Shown: positions 39,966-52,784 of the stretch, piece after piece | Layout of the letters: each line of letters starts with the position of its first letter | How positions within the stretch are numbered: the stretch's first letter is position 1 | NCBI GenBank assembly: GCA_951406725.2 | Contig: OX597817.1 | Location: 38,564,001-38,628,000, forward strand | Direction: 5' to 3' | Length of the DNA: 64,000 bases | From: Octopus vulgaris | Taxonomy: Eukaryota | Program-made: the position numbers and the translations under genes | Notes under the pieces: generated by a model | What the model saw: the letters and a program-made list of their open reading frames with translations, nothing else | Told to the model about the DNA's origin: nothing | The model's database searches: none

Positions 39966-41769
39966 AGGCTGAGTTTTAACTCATAACCATTGATTCCTAC
40001 TCACAGGTCTACCACCACCGCTGCTGCTGTTGCTATTGTTGTGTTTATCTTCATGTCAAGCAGTTTGATGCCAAAAAGTTGTTCTGGACATGATTGTTCC
40101 ATCATATTTTCAGATATTGTGTATCTGAGACTACTTAATCCAGTGTGTGGTTCATTTTAGACAATAAGGTTTGATTTGAAAGAGATTTCATTTTTATTCC
40201 TAGCTGGTTCAGTGAGTGTCACAAAGATTTGGTTATTTCTACAAGGTCAAACGAGTGTCAGTGTGCAAGGACAATGGCTCTCTCTCCCCTCTCTCTTTCA
40301 TATATATTTATGATGTACACATGCATATACATATGTTCATAGTGTGTGTGTGTGTGTGTGCATTTGTACACAGCAACACAGAGAACCAGATAAGCACCTA
40401 GTAATATATACATTAAACCACACCAGGCAGATACACACACAATATATTTATACATACACAGACAGAGATAGAGAGAGAGAGATAGAAAACATCAGTTCAT
40501 CTATTGTCTCCTTAAATTTGTGGGCTCTGTCACAGGCCTCAGTGCATCATTCCTCTCTTTCACATCATCTCCTGCTACCATTTCCCCTCAGCCTGTTCCT
40601 CCTCCTCCTGCTTATTTGACTGGCTTTGGAATGTTTTTTTAGTTTATTATTTGATAGTAGAGGGTGTGTGTGGAGAATATAATGGTTAGCCTGACAAGCA
40701 GCTGTGTGTGTGTGTGTTAAGTATAGTTTGTGTAAGTGAAGTGTAGTGTAGTTATATAAATTTCTGCCACCCACTCCCATTTCACTTCCAATCTCTATGA
40801 ACACACACACATACAACACAACACACAACACATAGGCACAGTATTAAAAAAAAACAGTTATCTCTACCCTACAGGAAATACAGCAGACATGTCAAAGTTA
40901 GGTCAAGCTGATGATGATAAGAATATAATATTAATAATGATGATGGTTATGATGACGATGATGATGATAATCATCATCATCATCATAAGTTGTAATAATA
41001 ATTATTATAATCTTTATTTGCCACAAGGGTGACAGATAAAGAGACATTTATGAGGACAAATTGAAAAGAAAAAGTGCAACTTTCCTACATGCATATTTTT
41101 AAGAACGAGAAAACATGTTGATCACAGCAGTATAAAAAGGAAATGAAATGAAATGAAATGGTGGTGATTGGTGCAAACATAACTTGTAGGCATGAGTCTT
41201 ACTGTACAGCACCTTGGGCAAAATGTCTTTTACTATAGTCATGGGCCAGCCAAAGTAGACAAAAACTGAGAGAAGCCTGTCATATGTGTGTGCACATGGA
41301 GGTGTCAATTGTCATTGCGCAGTTGTAAACAAACATCACCTTCATACAAGTGGGGTCCTTTTGTCTCCAATCTTCTGTGAAAACATGCTCGCTTATGAGG
41401 AAATATTAAATAACCTGGAAACTGATAAGGATTGATAATAGGAAGGGCATCCAACTATAGAAAATCTACCTCAGTAAATTCCATGTGGCCCATACAAGCA
41501 TAAAAAAGTGGACATTAAAGCAGTGATGATGATGATGATAATGACGATTTATAAGGAAATTCTGTGTATTTTGATAAACAAATAAATTAAATGCTTTAAA
41601 AGACAAAACCAGATTGGAAATGTGGGGAAATGGAGAAATTCTCCTTCACAAGAATGTACCAACTTAAGTAATTTTACTTTCATACAAGTGTATGTATGTG
41701 TGTGTGTGTTTGTCTGGAATATCCAATGCATATCCTACATGAAAAGGAGAGAGAATAGTTCATGCCCAG

Positions 41770-42133
41770 CAAGACCTGCGAGAAGCACATGAATCTGTGG
41801 CCTCCTAACTCTCTTGATATGAACCCCTCCTCCTCTGCACTACTGCATCTACAGTATCATTACAAAGGAAGACCAGCCAGTAACCCCATTGTGTCAAGTT
41901 CTTATTGGGTTTTGTTGTTATGAGCAGCATGGGAATGGGCCCACCTGATCTTAGTATGGCATCACTTCTGTGGTCGAAGACATTTTTGTTGAATAGCCTG
42001 ATTCTTTGGTGAATCTAGTTGAACCTGTGTGCCATTTTAGATTGTTTTTTGTTTCATGGAATATGCTGTTTTATCTATTTGGTGCTTATATTTTTCTTGG
42101 TTTTGTTTTTACAGTTACCTAATGCACCGTGTA
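41770..42133 (+). mobile_element. Decayed DD37D/Tc1-like transposase 3' fragment with right TIR
   Basis: LWPPNSLDMNP (WPxxSPDLNP motif). Ends tgcaccgtg-ta, matching the terminus type at 22115-22125. Confidence 0.6.
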
Positions 42134-42744
42134 CAACATAAATGGGAAGAAAACAAAAGCTTGCTACTTGTGCACAGCTGAAACTTATAAAATACTTATT
42201 CACACACAAACAAAATTTTAAACAGACACTCTGAATGAACCTCTTAGTGAAAGGACAGATATTTTCAAAAAGTTATATACTGCATAAAATGAACTAACAA
42301 CGTAACTTGTTCAATCCATTTGCTGAAACCTATCTCTCTCTTTTACCCTCTCTCTCTCCTCTCTAAATAACACCATCACCTAAACTAGAATCTAAAATTA
42401 TACCTGCATCCCATCATCATGATCATCATCATCATCATTTAACATCCTTTTTTCTCCATGCTGACATGGGTTGGACTGTTGACAAGAGCTAGCCAACTTG
42501 AAAGCTGCCCAGGCTCTTATTGTCTGTTTTGGCATGGTTTCTACATCTGGATACTGTTCCTAATGCCGACCACTTTACAGAGTGTACTGGATTCTTTTTA
42601 CATGGTACCGGCTTAGGCACTTTCATGTAGCACTGGCACTGGTGTTTTTACGTGACACTGGTAGAGGTGCTTTTTCTGTGACACCAGCACCCATAAGCCC
42701 ATACCTTTTAAAGTTCATAAGTCTTAAATAATTATTAAGACCTC

Positions 42745-43145
42745 TGTAGGAGTGGCTGTGTGGTAAGTAGCTTGCTTACCAATCACATGGTTCCAGGTTC
42801 AGTCCCACTGCATGGCACCTTGGGCAAGTGTCTTCTACTATAGCCTCAGACCGACCAAAGCCTTATGAGTGGATTTGGTTGACGGAAACTGAAAGAAGCC
42901 CGTTGTATATATATATGTATATATGTGTGTGTGTGTGTATACGTTTGCATGTCTGTGTTTGTCCCCCCAACATTGCTTGACAACTAATGCTGATGTGTTT
43001 ACGTCCCCATAGCCTAGCGGTTCGGCAAAAGAGACTGATAGAATAAATACTAGGCTTCCAAACAATAAGTCCTGAGGTCGATTTGCTCGACTAAAGGCGG
43101 TGCTCCAGCATGGCCACAATCAAATGACTGAAACAAGTAAAAAAG
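42745..43145 (+). mobile_element. Full-length SINE family B (tRNA head, CORE-like ccttgggcaagt, internal microsatellite)
   Basis: gtggctgtgtggtaag..ggttcagtccc..gcaccttgggcaagtgtctt..ggcggtgctccagcatggccac..gactgaaacaagtaaaa. Highly similar to 45940-46320. Confidence 0.9.
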
Positions 43146-43456
43146 TGAAAGAGTAATGTTTTTCCTTGTGTATATAAATATATATATGCCTTACATTCAC
43201 TATTTGCATGACTGAGTTAGCTTATATAATATTTGGTTGTGTATATACAATTTAAAGTTCATACGTGCACAATGTGTGAATGTATATGTATGAACACACG
43301 TACATATAGAAAGTGTGCCACAACATATTGCTTGTTCCATTAAAGCAGAAGCTTTAAATCCTCTTTCAATAAGATTTTAAAAGTTTTAAATAATTATTAA
43401 AACCTCATTTTTAAACAGTTATTAATCATTTTTTTTAATTGTTTTGAATTTTTGAA

Positions 43457-44035
43457 ACATGGCTGTGTGGATAAGAAGCTCATTTTGTGACCACATGGTT
43501 TTGGATTCAGTCCCATTGCTGAGTACCCTGAGCAAGTGTCTTCTATTATAGCCCCAGACAATCAATGCCTTGTGAATGAGTTTGGTTGATGGAAACTGTG
43601 CAGAAGTCCATTGCGTGTGTGTGTGTGGTTCAAATTTACAGAAGACAAAAGACAAGCAGGTATATTAGTTTAATGCTAGGGAAGAATGGAAAAGTCTTTT
43701 GCATTTTGAGCCTACACTCTTCAACGGAAAGGACCAAGAGGAAAAAATGGAGAGTGAAAAATATGTAACCATCCTTGTGTCAATATATATATGTGTATGT
43801 GTGTGTGTATCATTGGATTTATGTTTGCCTTGCTTATTCCCACCACCACTTGACAACTGGTTTTCATTTCTTTGCATCTCTGCAACTTAGTGATTCAACA
43901 AAAAGAGGCCAATAGAAAACGAACCAGACTTCAAAAACAAAAGATAAGTACTGGGGTTGATTTGTTTGACTAAACCCTCCATCGCAGTGCCCCAGCAGGC
44001 TGCACTCCAATGAATGAAACAAGTAAAGGATAAAA
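43457..44035 (+). mobile_element. SINE family B interrupted at its internal microsatellite by a hammerhead-family element (43628-43770, minus)
   Basis: SINE 5' half to about 43625 and 3' half from about 43785. The insert reads ctttccgttgaagagtgtaggctcaaaatgcaaaagac on the minus strand. Confidence 0.75.
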
Positions 44036-45939
44036 GGAAAGATTCAAGTCCAAAATCCTACTTCTTGTGGGTGGTGGAGATAGAAATTCCATAATTAGCC
44101 AGCTGAAGCAAACTCACAACTATCAGTAAAAACTGAGCCTATGATTCACTTAAAAAGAAAAAAATACCTTCACATTTTATGTGCCTACATCTAAAAATAA
44201 CATAGAACCATAGTTTACAAACAAGTAACTCTTCCTATTTTCCTGATTCAACTACTTTTGTTATTTCTTTTTCTTTCTTTTCTTTCTTAGTTGCTCTTGA
44301 TATGCCTTTACAATTTATAACCTTCATTTAATGCTTGACAAACTCTCAAAGGAGAGAAACAGATATATATTTGTCACATTCAGTTATATTTCTTCATGTG
44401 TGTGGGTGTATGTATGTATGTGGGTGTATGTATGTATGTGTGTGTGTGTGCGTGAATGCTTAGGAGATGCCAATGTATGCACATATATATATATATATGT
44501 TGATATTGTTTGGTCAAAGCTCAGTCATGATCTAGTGGGCCTATGATCAATGACAATCAAGATTTGACCATCCTGTATTTTTATGTGGCTAGGATATTGT
44601 CCAATAAGTCTGTTCTTTAAAGCTGTGGGAAGTATTTGGATGAGATTTTTAGCTACTATTTCTAGCATATTGAACAACTATGCAGAAGATCTGTCATTGG
44701 CTTGTGATGTTTGTGTGTGTGTGTTTCTGAAGATGCGTGCATATGAATATGTGAGTATGAATGTCACTCTGTATGCACATGTTTGTGCACGTGTATTCTA
44801 TTTGTGAAAATATGTGTGTGTGTGTGTGTGTGTCTACACATACACACACAAATGTATGTTTAAATATAAACATAAACATTTAGTGTTTGTACATCTTTAT
44901 GTATAAGATTGTGTGATGTGACAATATATCTCTGTCAGTTACTGTATGTATGTGTGTGTGTGCCTGTGTCTGTCTGTTTAACCTCTCTATCTATGAATGC
45001 CTGTAGGAAAACCTTTCAATGTGTTTGTGTGAATTACAGAGTTTGTTTTGTTTTTATTGTCATCATTCTCCTACTTCTCTTACAGTTTCCTCTCCTCTCC
45101 TCTCTCTTTCTCTTTCTCTCTCTCCATCACATATCTCTCACATATCGCTTCCTCCCACTTCTCACTCCCCCTCTTTGTCAACTAACATTCTAAACACTCA
45201 AGCTGAACTACTTTGTAATCTCTTGGGCTGACATTCATTGTGTGACCCAAAATGCACCTTATACTACACACTGTTGCAATTCAGGGATAATAAATAAACA
45301 ATGAAAAGAGAGAACAAAACTATATAGAATGGAATATAATATATTTGCTTATGTGCATGCGTGTGTGTGTGTATGTGTATGTATGTATGTATGTATATGA
45401 TGTACCAGTCTATAATTGCTGGTGTCAAGATAATCCACTATACCCTTGAATGTGTTGTCCTAGCTTAACCACAGTCTAACAACAGAAACTAGTAAAAGAA
45501 TTGGTGTATATGTGTGTGTACACACACACTTATATAGATATGTATGTATGTATGTATGAGGTACTATATATAGTGAGAGAGAGAGAGATTGCCATAATTA
45601 TTTTATGTTCATTTTCCTTGCTGGCATGGATAGAACCGTGTGTGTATCATTGCTTTAACATCCACTTTTCCACATATTTGGGTCAGACAAAATTCATTGA
45701 AACAGATTTTCTATGGCTTGGTGTCTTTCCTGTATTTCTAGTCAAGGGCTCTCAGCAAAATATTCATAAGATTATAAACACTTTAGAGCTTTGATGCAAG
45801 TCTATGGAATTAAAGAATAGACTGGAAGAGTCAACATCTGACACCTTATATAAAGGCAATATGTATGGTCTTACCTCAGATTAAGTTTTCTTCAATAGTA
45901 CATTCTGCTTTGAATGCTTTTGATTAGAAATGCAGACAT

Positions 45940-46320
45940 AGGTGCAAGAGTGGTTGTGTGGTCAGTAGCTTGCTTACCAACCACATGGTTCTGGGTTCAG
46001 TCCCACTGCATGGCACCTTGGGCAAGTGTCTTCTACTATAGCCTCAGGCCAACCAAAGCCTTGTGAGTGGATTTGGTAGGCAGAAACTGGAAGGAGTCCG
46101 TCGTATGTATGTGTGTGTGTCTGTGTGTTTGTGTTTGTCCTTCCAGCATCGCTTGATAACCAATGCTGGTGTGTTTTTGTCCTCACCACCTAGCAGCTTG
46201 GCAAAAGAGACCGATGGAATAAGTACAAGGCTTACAAAAAATAAGTCCTGGAATCGATTTGCTCAGCTAAAGGCAGTGTTCCAGCATGGCCACAGTCAAA
46301 TGACTGAAACAAGTAAAAGA
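45940..46320 (+). mobile_element. Full-length SINE family B
   Basis: Colinear with 42745-43145. Confidence 0.9.
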
Positions 46321-46415
46321 ATATATACACACACACAGACATATATGTGTGTGTGTGTACTTTCCTTATTTTTGTTATACATATATATATATGTGTGTGT
46401 GTGTGTGTTTGTATG

Positions 46416-46472
<57 letters not shown>

Positions 46473-47974
46473 ATATATATGTATGTATCTGTATGTGTGT
46501 ATGTATGCATATTTGTATATATACTATGCCATTACGACTGTCCACTACTATCACCACCATCTGAACTATTTCCACCAACACCATCACCACCTTCATAGAT
46601 TTACTTATAAGTACTTAGTGCTACTTAAAAGGAGAGGCTAATAAAGAATTGAGTGTGTAGAGTGGAGGAATGTGTTCTAAATTCAGGACACTTTAGGTCA
46701 TTATTCATTCATACGTACATTCATTCATTCATAGTTTTTATTGTATTTATTTATCTGTTTTTGACTGTCTCTCCCCCCACACACACTCTTGTTCCTAGAT
46801 GTCAGCTGTAATCAGTTAGTTTATTGGTGGAGGCAGTATGAGGAGAGTAGACAGACACCTCAGCATGGTTAGAGAGAGAAATGCCTTATCATCATCATCA
46901 ACATTGCCATCATCACCCTGTCACCACCATCATCACTATCATCATCATTTCTTACCCATATCATCATCATCATCATTTTAATGGTCACTGTTGGGCAATT
47001 ATCATGTTTCTTATAGGAACTGACAAGTTTGAAACTTTACAGAACTGTGAGTAGTTGGGGATTCTTTCTTTTTGTAGAACTTCTCCAACTAGATATAAAA
47101 TCTTTGAATGTGTCAAGTTCTCCAGCATTTGGCAGCCATACTTGCGTCATTAACCTTTTTTCCTGTTCTAAAGTGATCTAAATCAAAACCTCTCATCAAA
47201 ATTTCATGTTAATTTATGTTCCAAACAACAGCTTGATACTGACAAAATTATCTTACTGAATTCTTCATTATTTTCTAAATTAAATCAAACAAACTACTCC
47301 TCAGAACAAGAAGAGTCATATAGTGGTTAACTTAGTTTAAACATTTTTTTTTTTTTTAACTTGAAAATACTTGGTGTAATAAATCCACCAGCTCATAAAA
47401 ATCCAAAATCTGGAGTAGAAATATATTTCTAAGGAGAAAATTGGCATTATAATATGTTTATTTAATAGATTCAACACACTGCCAGTTTTAACACCCATCC
47501 TCTTGATTTTGGGGTTCCTCTACCGAAGTTTAGTCTGTTGCCAGTCATTTACACGTGATCCTAATTTTCTTAGAAATATTAACAGGATGTTCAAACTGGT
47601 AGCCAGTTGCATCAATTCAGTTTGTAATAGTCATGAACAAATCCTAAATACTAATGTTTCTTGGACAGAGATTAAATAGTCCTTGTCTTGGATCACAATT
47701 TTATGGAACATTATTCAGAGCTAAGTTGGTATCCAAAGCATTTTTTTGTTTGTCAATCTCTAAACTTAATTGTAGTATAAAAAACTGGTTGTTATATCTC
47801 TGCTAGCCCCATCATATCTTAACTGAACGTCATCCCCTCTTCCATTTGTTATAGACATAATTAATTGAAGTAAGCTTCCACCAAAAAAGCTTTCAAAATT
47901 TAAATATATCATCAAAGTATCTTTTTGGTTTTTCTGTTTTATGAATATTTGTTTAATATCAATATTTAATTTAA

Positions 47975-48410
47975 TATTGTTTTCAAATTTTGGCACAAGG
48001 CCAGTAATTTCGGTGGGGTGGGTTGAAGTCAATTACATCGAAACTGGTACATATTTTATCAACCCCCAAAAGGATGAAAGATAGTCAGCCTCAGCAGAAT
48101 TTGAACTCAGAACATAAAGACAGGCAAAATACTGTTGAAGATCTTGCCTAGTGCATTAACGATTCTGCCAGTTTGCCACCTTAATATCATTTAATATTAA
48201 TATTCAATTTAATGTCATCCAAATATCTTTCCTTGGTTTTTATATGCTTAATGAATATAATTCAAATTTTGGCACAAGGCCAACAATTTTAGGGGAAGGG
48301 CTAGTTGATAACATCAATCCTAATACTTGACTTATAATTTATTTTATCAACCCACAAAATGACAAATGGCAAAGTTGACCTCAGCAGGATTTGAATTCAA
48401 AATGCAATGA
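47975..48410 (-). mobile_element. Two SINE family A copies
   Basis: caaattttggcacaaggcc..cctcagcagaatttgaactcagaac pattern twice. Confidence 0.85.
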
Positions 48411-49759
48411 GTAATAATTAAAATATTTTTCCAGACAAACTAGATGGTTATCTGCAACATGACCACAAAATCTTGCAAGTTGCTACATACAGAGTACCCA
48501 GTCACTTCTGGTATATCTGCAGGCACTTCTTTGCTATACTTACAACATACAGAGTCCTTTTCAAACTCAATTTAAGGTTCATTTTGCTGTGATGCAGGTT
48601 TTTGAGTTAACGTTTCTTTCAATGATAATAAAAAAAATAAGCGACATTTTCAGTTGGGTTAGATGCAATTAATGTATTACAAATACACTGGAAGTACACT
48701 TCATCATAATACAATATTCTATCAACACTGTTAAGTTATATTTAGAGTACATCTCATTACAATGCCAAACACTTAGCACATATCGCAGTGGTGGCGGATT
48801 CATTCATCTTGATGGTGAGCATTCAGTTGTTCCACCTTCTTTAAAAGTGGCTGAGTATTCCACAGACATGTTTAATCTTAACGCAGTTCTCAGTCTGAAT
48901 CAGCGTGGCACAATGGTAACAAACTGAGACCTACAAATTTCAGGTACAATCTAGAGAAAAAGAGAAAAATCAGCCCCACTATTTGAAAAGGGGCCCCAAA
49001 AAAGTTAATCTCGGAGAGATTTGACCCAAATCGCCGAAATGAATCCTAAGTTCTAAGAACTCCGCCGTTTCGCCGCCTTTCATTACATTACACTATAAGA
49101 CAAAATAGAATTGTTAGAGCATCAGAAGGCAAAACAGAATTGTTAGAGCATCAGAAAAATGTTTTGCAGTATTCGTTCTGACTTTTTACATTCCGAGTTG
49201 AAAGCCCACCGAGGTCAACTACCTTTCATCTTTTCGAAGCCGTTAAATAAAAATACCAGTAAGTATTGAGGTTCGATGGTATCAGTTAAGTCCCTCTGCC
49301 CTCTCAGATTTCAGGCTTTTTTACTCCTGATTACTGGATCATTCTATACAGCTTATCTGTATCATCATCGCCCCTTCTTATAGTACACAGCACTCTACTA
49401 CAGTAGCTCCGAATTTATGTGTAGATTGTATAGTATAATTCTGAAAGGGCCGTGAAGCCTCATATTTTTTTAGTAGTGAAATACATTTTTGATAAACATG
49501 AAAGATGTTCGTGAATATTATTATTATACAATAAACCTGTAGACATAAGCACTACAATTTTTTACTCTAAATCACCGAAGAATAATTTTCCAAGAAAATA
49601 TCAACTGTCAATTTCATTAACTTTTTGGGTAGAATTATTTATTGATATATTAAAAAGAAAGAAGGTGGTTGTGGCGTGATGGGAAAATGTTGGAACTGCT
49701 ACCCTAGACCATACTGAATCGAACCCATACTACATTATGTTTAGCACTTAAGAAAAACC

Positions 49760-50162
49760 TTTCGCATAGTGTAAATGACAAGGTATCTGCTGGAAACAGC
49801 AGTTAGATCTCAAATTGCAGTTTTTAAAAATGAAGGACATGTTGGTCAACGTAGTCCTACAAATACAAAATGAAAAGGAATGGCCATAGTAGAAACGCCT
49901 TTGATCATAAGTGTGCTTGATCGTGGCTAACCTGGGACTATACAACAAACTACCAATATTGAACTAGTAAAGAGCCTGTACATGGGTTATTCGGCCGTCC
50001 AGAAAGAGCAGCCAAATCTTCAAATCGCACCCTAACCTCTTAAATGAAGAAATGTATGCTACTGGTCAATGTAGTCTTGATATACAAAGTAAGATGATCA
50101 CAGCTGTAACGTCATTAATCATTAGTTTGCTCGATCGTGGCTGACCTAGGGCTAAACAACAC
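49760..50162 (+). repeat. Two tandem family E repeats
   Basis: Two units with gtagtc..gatc..tgctcgatcgtggct.acct.gg..ctanacaac ends. Confidence 0.8.
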
Positions 50163-52490
50163 TAAACCGTCACCACCATCTCACACACTAAACCATACCA
50201 TGTCTACATTACATCATTCCAGATTACACAAGACTACATACATCATACATAGTACAAAATACCACATCACACCATAACTCTCCACACTACAGCATATCAC
50301 ACCATGTCATTATCATATGACAACACACTCTGTCAGTGTCTGTATGTCTCCATGTACGCGCGTATATGTAAACATATACATATGTGTGTGTGTGTACACA
50401 TACACACACGCACGCCCTGTCATGTCACACTACACAATCAAGAAGGTCGCATAGATAGTATATCACTTTGGTATGTTCACCGAGACTACCTCTCTTACAT
50501 CCGACTTGCTTTATCCGTCTGCTTTAAGCATTGCGACACTTGACCCTTCCCGGACTGCAGATGAGGGCAACAAACCCCCATTGTCGTCAAATCTGAAATG
50601 CGATCCAGCTAACGTATATATAATATATATCTAGCCATTAAAGAATAAAAAAAAAAAAAAAACCCCGCTTGCTGCTCTTCTTAGTTGTAGTAGCAATAAT
50701 AACAGCAGCAGCAGTAGCAATGCAGATATGGAGTGGCTCTATGTTAATGTGCGTGGGTGGTCAGAGTGAACAGGAGAGAGATCGAGTGAGTTTAATGGTT
50801 TCCAAGCACGCCTACGTATAGTATGCAGTGGTTATATTGACAGTGATGGTGTTGGTGCTGGTGGCGATTCACAACAGGATAACGATAGCTCACACACACA
50901 CACACATATATATATAGTGAAAGTTGATACACACACTCATGTATGTGCGTGTGAATTGCGTATATAAATATATAAATGTGTGTGTGTGTTGGTTGATAGA
51001 TAGATAGATACATAGATAGATAGATAGATAGATATACGCATACACAAACACACATACAAAGACGCGCGCATACTAAGGGGAAAATCCATTAAAGCACAAC
51101 GGTTTAGTGCGGAAGAGAAATACGTTTAAATTAAAAAAAGAAAGTTCTCGAAAGAAAATATTTTACAATGAATTAAAAAGTATCAGCAGTTATACTAATA
51201 AAGGATTATGACTAACATTGCCATTAGACCACAAAATTTTGTGGGAGGGTTAAATTATTAAATTGACGCCAGAACTTGTTTGGGACTGTTAGGGAACACA
51301 TCTAGGTGACAACTTTGACGAATGTTAAACTCAATCTACGAAGGGTTGTAATTAAAATAACTCGTGGCATTTTATTCTGACATTCTCTCTCTCGCCTTAT
51401 ATTTTTCAATTTGAAAATTCTTTCATTTCTTTTTAAATTAGTCTAGTATATTTCCATTATGGTAAGTGCTACACTGATTCAATCATTGTTAGATGATGGA
51501 CTTTTGTGGTTTTGCAAATTTACACGAAGACGGAAAGTTGTTGTTTAACCCCAGGTCAGCTACGATCAAGCAGACAGACCTATTATGAAAGGCGTTCCAA
51601 TAGTGACCATTCATCTCCTGTTTTTTTGTTGGTTGGTGTGGGGCGAGGAGGGGCTTCTTTATCCAATCCAATTCATTCTTTGTATTTTTTCCTAAGATGT
51701 TAGGTAGGGTATTATTTAGCGGTTAGTTCTTGTATGTCGAAACAGCGAGAGTTAAAAGGTTCTCCTCGTTGGTTCGTAGCAGCTAACACGTTTCACGGAA
51801 GAGATCGTGGTTTTTCTGTCATGTGTTGAATTTTATTTAATTTTTTTAAATACATGAAAAAGATGTGGTTTCAAAAAATTGTGTCCTTATCTTGTATATA
51901 CTTATAAAAGGGTATATAAGAAACCTGAAATAATCCTTTACTATTATTTAATTCTACCTGAATGTTCTTTTGTGTGTAAAAACGTATTACGTATTTAAAA
52001 GATATCAAATTTTATTATTTTTTTTTTTAGCTTAATGTCTTATAAGGAAAATTTCCACCCCTTCATTCCATTTTATTAAAGCAAATTTTGTTTTCAATTT
52101 AAAATAATTCGTTATTCAATCTTCTCACCTGTGGCTTAGAAAGCAAAACAGATGACAAAATACACAAGTAATTAAATTCTAAGTCGCTGTGACGTATTTC
52201 ACTATAAAAGACGTGGTACACATAAAATTGTATGTACCAAAAACCTCAATGATATATATTGGGGTGTGTACACCGGAGCGGTTGCTTATTTAAAGCGTGT
52301 ATATGATACTTAAGCATGCCTCTCGTGTGTACATGAACATCAGACTTTCATAAATCTTCTTTAGCTAAAAAAAAATTAATAAGTCGTGGGGGGGGGGAAT
52401 ACTCGAGTAACTATATGTGTGTGTGTGTGTGTGTTTATATAATATATATATATATATATATAATGTGTGGGTGTGTGTGTTATAAAAAAA

Positions 52491-52553
52491 ATTCGTGACA
52501 GTCGGCCGGACTGTCTCGCTTACAAAAGATTAATCCGGCCGGCTGTCACGAAT
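52491..52553. repeat. GC-rich nested inverted repeat
   Basis: attcgtgacagtcggccgga .. tccggccggctgtcacgaat (20-bp arms, 1 mismatch), with an internal alternative hairpin gacagtc-ggccg-gactgtc. Confidence 0.9.
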
Positions 52554-52734
52554 CATTTAATAAATAAATATTTATTCTTGTCGTATTTGAGACCTCTATT
52601 TCAAAGGGTGGGTTGGTGATGAACAACTAACCAGCCCTTTAAAATACATAACTGTATTTGCATGTTAATGTGTGTGTGTGTGTGTGTAGGTTCCTAGTCT
52701 CACATGTATACCTGTATTAATACAATGAACTTAC

Positions 52735-52784
52735 AGTTGCTCGCTCAATAACCTGCTCAGCCATTCACATTTTCTGCCATTCAT
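52735..52784 (-). CDS. Candidate short first coding exon MNGRKCEWLSRLLSEQL, phase-2 donor
   Basis: ATG at 52784, 16 codons plus CT, then GTAAGT. Unique sequence in a CpG-retaining domain. No homology support. Confidence 0.35.

Noticed and set aside
46063-46641. Longest ORF in the window (192 aa)
   Set aside because: Runs through a family B SINE and a microsatellite, with no protein-like composition.
48785-49078. hAT-like MITE ends (gtggcggatt..tccgccg)
   Set aside because: The TIR match is short and no TSD was found; the interior is a mix of other repeat fragments.
50553-50608. Hammerhead-like ctg CAGATGA..GAAA tgcg ATC cag
   Set aside because: Core U4 is replaced, and stems I and II are too weak to call.
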